Shown here piece by piece: positions 59,494 to 64,000 of a stretch of DNA of 64,000 bases. Position 1 is the stretch's first letter. Every line of letters starts with the position of its first letter. Source of the stretch: Podarcis gaigeae. Lineage: Eukaryota. Below the pieces are notes generated by a model. That model did not search any database, was not told where the DNA came from, and saw nothing but the letters and a program-made list of their open reading frames with translations. The stretch lies in the NCBI GenBank assembly GCA_964106915.2, contig OZ066926.1; one strand, given 5' to 3'. The position numbers were made by a program, and so were the translations under genes.

Positions 59494-60177
59494 GATGAGG
59501 TGAAGCTGCCAACAAAGCTGAGCATTAGTAAGTCTTTGAAAGAGGCGGAAAAAGAAGGGGAAGAGGTCGTGGTGGATGAGGAGCACCCTGAAGAGGAACA
59601 TATTGAGCTCTCCTCAGACGAAGAGGTGGAGGTGGAAGAGATTATTGAGGAGTCACGGGCAGAACGCATTAAGAGGAGCGGCATGAGGAGAGTGGATGAC
59701 TTCAAGAAGGCCTTCTCCAAAGAGAAGATGGAGAAGACTAAGGTGAAGACCAGAGAGAACCTGGAAAAGACCAAGGTGAAGACCAGAGAGAACCTGGAGA
59801 AGACCAAGCAGAACCTGGAGAAGACTCGACACAACTTGGAGAAGAGGATGAACAAGTTGGGCACCAAGATTGTCACCAATGAGCGCAGGGAGAAGATGAA
59901 GACCTCCCGGGAGAAGCTGAAGAAGTCCTTCACTCCTGACCACGTGGTCTATGCACGCTCCAAGACAGCTGTCTACAAAGTACCACCTTTCACGTTCCAT
60001 GTCAAGAAGATCCGAGAGGGGGAGGTGGAAGTGAAGGCCACTGAGATGGTGGAGGTTGGTGGGGATGAGGCAGAGAACACAGATCTGATGAGGGGTGAGA
60101 GCCCTGAGATGAGCACCCTCTTGCATATTAAAGAAGAGGCGGACACGATGCTGGCAGACAAGAGTGACAGCGAGTGA
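59494..60177 (+). CDS. CAVIN1: Cavin-1 exon 2 CDS (227 aa + stop; DR2, HR2/UC1, DR3); full protein 369 aa
   Basis: ttgcag acceptor; DEVKLPTKLSISKSLKE...ELSSDEEVEVEEIIEESRAERIKRSG...KSFTPDHVVYARSKTAVYKVPPFTFHVKKIREG...DKSDSE*. Confidence 0.97.
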   Translation, partial: DEVKLPTKLSISKSLKEAEKEGEEVVVDEEHPEEEHIELSSDEEVEVEEIIEESRAERIKRSGMRRVDDFKKAFSKEKMEKTKVKTRENLEKTKVKTRENLEKTKQNLEKTRHNLEKRMNKLGTKIVTNERREKMKTSREKLKKSFTPDHVVYARSKTAVYKVPPFTFHVKKIREGEVEVKATEMVEVGGDEAENTDLMRGESPEMSTLLHIKEEADTMLADKSDSE

Positions 60178-61970
60178 GGCTAGAGTGGCATTGGAAGACC
60201 ATCAAGAGCTGACCATGTAATCTTTCACGTTTCCCCTTTTTGGCCTCACATGGGTGTGCACTTACACACACACAATATATATAGATCTTGCAGCCCCGCC
60301 CCCCAAATGCGGCACCAAGGTGCATTTTTGTATATTTCTGTTTCAGCGTATAGAGCACAGGACTTTATAGCAATCCATCAAACACCATTCCTACGACCGA
60401 GAGCTTGCTTTGCCTGCCAGCCTGCTGTGGCAACACCCCTCGCCCGCCCACCCCAAGGTGCTATCAGCAAAGCAATCCATTTGCATGCCCAAGAAGCATG
60501 CTGCCTCTTAACTATTCTCCTTGGGGCTCAAGAATGCTTCCAGGGACCAGAAGACGAGATTGGACGGACAGAAGGAAGAGCAGCGTGGTACAGAACCGAA
60601 AGAAGGAAGGGTTTGGTACAGTACTTTACTGAACTGGGGGAGGAAAAGTGACTGGGGAGGGATGCAAATGTAATGCCATGCGATGGTGCAAGAGGGAGGT
60701 CTGTGCACCCTGCAAACCATTTTTCAAGGGATTATTTTTTATGCAGTCACACTCTAAGGGCCTTATATTTGCACACATCTGGAACAGCAGCTGCCGCTGT
60801 GCACGCTGGAAGGAGGAGAGGAGAGGAAAGGTGTCAAGGCAGGGTCCCCTCCAAGCTACTTGGGCTGTTTGCTGGGTCTGGCCAGGAGCCACGCTTGCAA
60901 CATGGCTCCAGTGGTCAGTGCTCAGTGCTCATTTCCTGGGTTAGGGCATGGTGGGGAGTGGTAGACCAGTAGGTGTGGCTGTGAAAGAGGACAGAGAGCA
61001 CAGAGAAAAGGTGGATTGTGAGTCTTTGGCTGCAAGCAAAGTGTTAATAGCAAGAGCCAAGAGGAAACTCTTGTCCGGTCAGCCAGCCACCTTAACCCTT
61101 GTCCCTGAGCTGGATTCTGCGCACTGAAGATGGCTTTCTGCAGTGCCTGGGTTCCAGGTCAACATCTGTACCTTCCTGCTAGGCTGACTTGCAGCAGCCC
61201 ATTTTTAACTCAGGCACTGCTATTTGGGTGCTCTCCAGTGGGGTACCCATATGGGTTTGCTGTCGTTATATTGACTGAACTTGCTGCTTGGGGAGGGCTG
61301 TGGGGAGGGGGCGTTCAGTGACCCAAGACGTCTTCGTTGTGTGGGTAAGGTGCTTCTCAGCAAACTCCCCACACTTCCTTATAGCTACCTCTTTGGGCTC
61401 CCCCCCCAAAGTTTGTGGGTGAAGCCTCACTTTTCCCCCCCAAGCACCACCAAAAAGAGGCTTCTTTCCATGGTGTTCAACACATGCAGCTGCGTACACA
61501 CACACATCTCTGGTGCACCAATTCATGAAGTGGTTGAGCAGCCCCCTCTTCCCCACCTCCTGCTACGATTCTCCCACACTCCCGTGGGATCAAGGAGGGA
61601 AAGTCAGCAGCATGCTTGGTCCCCAGCAGCAAACTCTGCCAGGGTTCCCTTGGCAGTGGTGCCAACAGGGCAAAATTTTGGGGCAGACATCTCAACAGAT
61701 TGAGCAGGTGGGCCCCCAAACCTAGCAAAGGCAGCTTCATCATATTTTGAAACAAGTAATGCCCATTGCTACCTGCAGCAATGAAGTAGTAATGCATTGT
61801 CATATAAGCTAAAAGGCCATTAAGTCCAGAGCCTAAAACAACCTACCAATGACACTGTACCTCCACCATTCCATGCCCAGCATTTCCACCACAACCTATA
61901 CCAATGCTGCCTGCTCTAGCAACTCAGCCAGTAGCTTGGCTGAGCCATCCATAGCCCAATAAGGTGGTAG

Positions 61971-61972
<2 letters not shown>

Positions 61973-62008
<36 letters not shown>
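61973..62008 (+). repeat. (GT)18 microsatellite in the predicted CAVIN1 3'UTR
   Basis: Direct observation; lies between the stop codon and both AATAAA signals. Confidence 0.9.
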
Positions 62009-62011
<3 letters not shown>

Positions 62012-62609
62012 GGGATGTTCTTAGTCAACCATGGAGTGTGCAAGCTCCCACCACACTAGAGTTTCCAGTGAGCCTTTCTGTTCTTGTTACGTTGCTGTGG
62101 ATCTTGCGTCCGGGAGAAGACAGGAGTGCCCAGAGTACCAGATATGCTTGGACTTTTCTTAAGGCCATCACACATAGGGCAGAGACCACACACCACTCTG
62201 GGGCGAGAGCAAGGGGCAGGGGGAGGGTTGTGCCAAGCTGCTGCATTGTTCCTTTTCTAAGACTGCATCCTGGTGAGCAGCATGACTAATAAACTTCCTT
62301 TTCTTAAAGAACAGGTGTGAGGTGTTTGCAAGGGGCAGGGGGGAGAGCGGCATCAGGCAGGTCACTCAGGCAGGTGCAGCGCAGCACCAAGCCACACACA
62401 TTAAGGGGACTTCCAGGCTCGCTTTGTTTCAGGTGGGATTCAGTCACTGCCAAATTCAGGTTGTGCAGCAAAAGCCGACCTGCTGCTCTTGCTAACCATA
62501 CTTTCTGTGCTGTAAGGAAAGCAACGGGAAAACACACTGGAAAGTGGGATAGTGGTTTCTTGACACAATATTGTATAACGTCACTGCAAACAAATTAGAA
62601 TGAAAGCTC

Positions 62610-62615
62610 AATAAA
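62610..62615 (+). terminator. Probable CAVIN1 polyadenylation signal AATAAA (alternative at 62288-62293)
   Basis: AATAAA hexamers 2.1 and 2.4 kb after the stop codon; which one is used cannot be told from sequence. Confidence 0.55.
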
Positions 62616-63666
62616 TAGCCAACATCGTCTCACCTCCCTGCAGACTTTGTGCACACAAATCGGAACGAATGCTCAATAATTGGGGTGTCTGAAAGAAAGC
62701 ATTATTATTTTTTATTCTTTACTTAAAGGCCACATTAAGGCAATACTGTACCTTTAACAGACCAAACTCGCAAAGTAGATGTGCAAGGTTTAAAGTTCTC
62801 CAGAACTCTTCATAGCAAGCAAAACTGGGGGATAGGCACTATTGCTAAAACCATGGAACCTGTATTTAGCATGTGAATTGGGGGTGGGTATCAAGTGTTC
62901 TTAACAGTGCCATTTTTTTATTTTGAAGGGAAAGCAGCCAGTTGGAAGCTGTTGCTAGGGAGGACAGGCAGACTAAATCGCAACCTCGCCTCCCTTTCTG
63001 TGTCCTGAGGAGAGACTGGATAGGGGGAAGAGGCCTTCTAGGTAAGAAGACAGAGGGTGGCACTGCTTTCCAGCTTCCTCCTCATTCCTCTTAGTGTCAC
63101 CCTTTAGGACTTGGTTGGGAGGAATGTGGAGGCAAAACTAGAATTAGCTGGTTCTGACTCTACTTCCTGCTGTCTCTGCCTTCTGCCCTACCGGTCCCAA
63201 TGGACACCTATCAGCACTGGATGAGAGCTGTAGTCCAGCAACACCTGGAGGGCACCACGTTGGCCAACCTTGCCCTGGGCAGTGCAGCATAGATAGCTGG
63301 TTGCAGATGGAGCAGCCACGTTCTCTCACTTACTCACCTGCATTCTCCTGGGTGAAGCAATGATGGAAATTCACTGTGGCGAGCCTAACACCTCCTGTTA
63401 TGCCACTCAAAGGAAGGAGGATAGGTAAGAGAAAAAAGCAGTTGTTCCCGCCTCAGCATAATGGCACCAAGATTGGTTGCTACCACCCCACTGCCTGTGA
63501 TTGCAGCGCTTTACCTGTTTGTGCACATTCTCTTTGGTTGGCACAGCAGGGTCATGAAGAGGGAGCAGGCAAAAGGGGCAGCCTCTGCATGCTCACTTAC
63601 CCTCTCTCACTCCATGGCATGATGGAGACAATTGAATTCACTGGGCTCAGTCCCCGTGCCACCTAG

Positions 63667-63920
63667 TAAGGTAAAGGTAAAGGATCCCTGGATGTTTAAG
63701 TCCAGTCAAAGGCAACTATGGGGTGTGGCACTCATCTCGCTTCAGGCCAAGGGAGCGGGCGTTTGTCCACAGACAGCTTTCTGGGTCGTGACCAGCAGCA
63801 CTAAACCGCTTCTGGCGCAATGGGACGCCGCAACGAGTGCCAGAGTACACGGAAACGCCATTTACCTTCCCAGCACAGCGGGGCCTATTTGTCTACTTGC
63901 AACTGGCGTGCTTTTGAATT
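63667..63920 (-). mobile_element. 5'-truncated Sauria SINE (divergent copy)
   Basis: Starts with (AAAGGT)n, the reverse of the ACCTTT tail; body homologous to 30720-30946. Confidence 0.8.
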
Positions 63921-64000
63921 GAGCACATCTTTTTACACCAACACCAACTGCAGATTGGCTGCTTTTCTTTCAAACAAAAAGCATCACTTTTAAGTATGCC

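Noticed and set aside
59475-60126. Long antisense ORFs (152 and 157 aa) over CAVIN1 exon 2, and similar ones over exon 1
   Set aside because: Shadow ORFs produced by the codon bias of the Glu/Lys-rich sense CDS.
1-64000. CRISPR arrays, prokaryotic operons or defence systems, NUMTs, intact retroviral or transposase ORFs
   Set aside because: None seen; the sequence is intron-rich vertebrate DNA with only non-autonomous or fragmentary TEs.

Overview
Vertebrate genomic DNA, very likely from a squamate reptile and probably a lacertid lizard, judged from Sauria-SINE and Squam3-like SINE copies. It holds two divergently transcribed genes. On the minus strand, ATP6V0A1 (V-ATPase V0 subunit a1) has a CpG-island promoter at ~28.5-29.05 kb and 17 coding exons from the ATG at 26229 down to 605. 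All have GT-AG ends and phase-compatible lengths, giving 2112 nt / 704 aa, and the gene continues past the window start. On the plus strand, CAVIN1/PTRF is complete in two coding exons (36758-37183 and 59494-60177, 369 aa) with a ~22.3 kb intron and a ~2.1-2.5 kb 3'UTR. The rest is intronic or intergenic, with L2 and CR1 LINE fragments, tRNA-derived SINEs, hAT and Tigger-like MITEs (several with intact TSDs) and microsatellites. Best hunt results: (1) a candidate alternative last exon in the CAVIN1 intron (45511-45741), in frame with exon 1, which would give a 218-aa HR1-only cavin with an acidic/Pro-rich tail; (2) a clean 75-nt in-frame cassette exon (3673-3747) plus two stop-containing exon-like units in ATP6V0A1 intron 17; (3) SINEs with different tRNA heads (Ile vs Lys) on the same CR1 tail; (4) a homogenised undecad repeat plus an extra heptad in Cavin1 HR2. 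Exon numbering follows my recollection of the human gene. No database searches were run.
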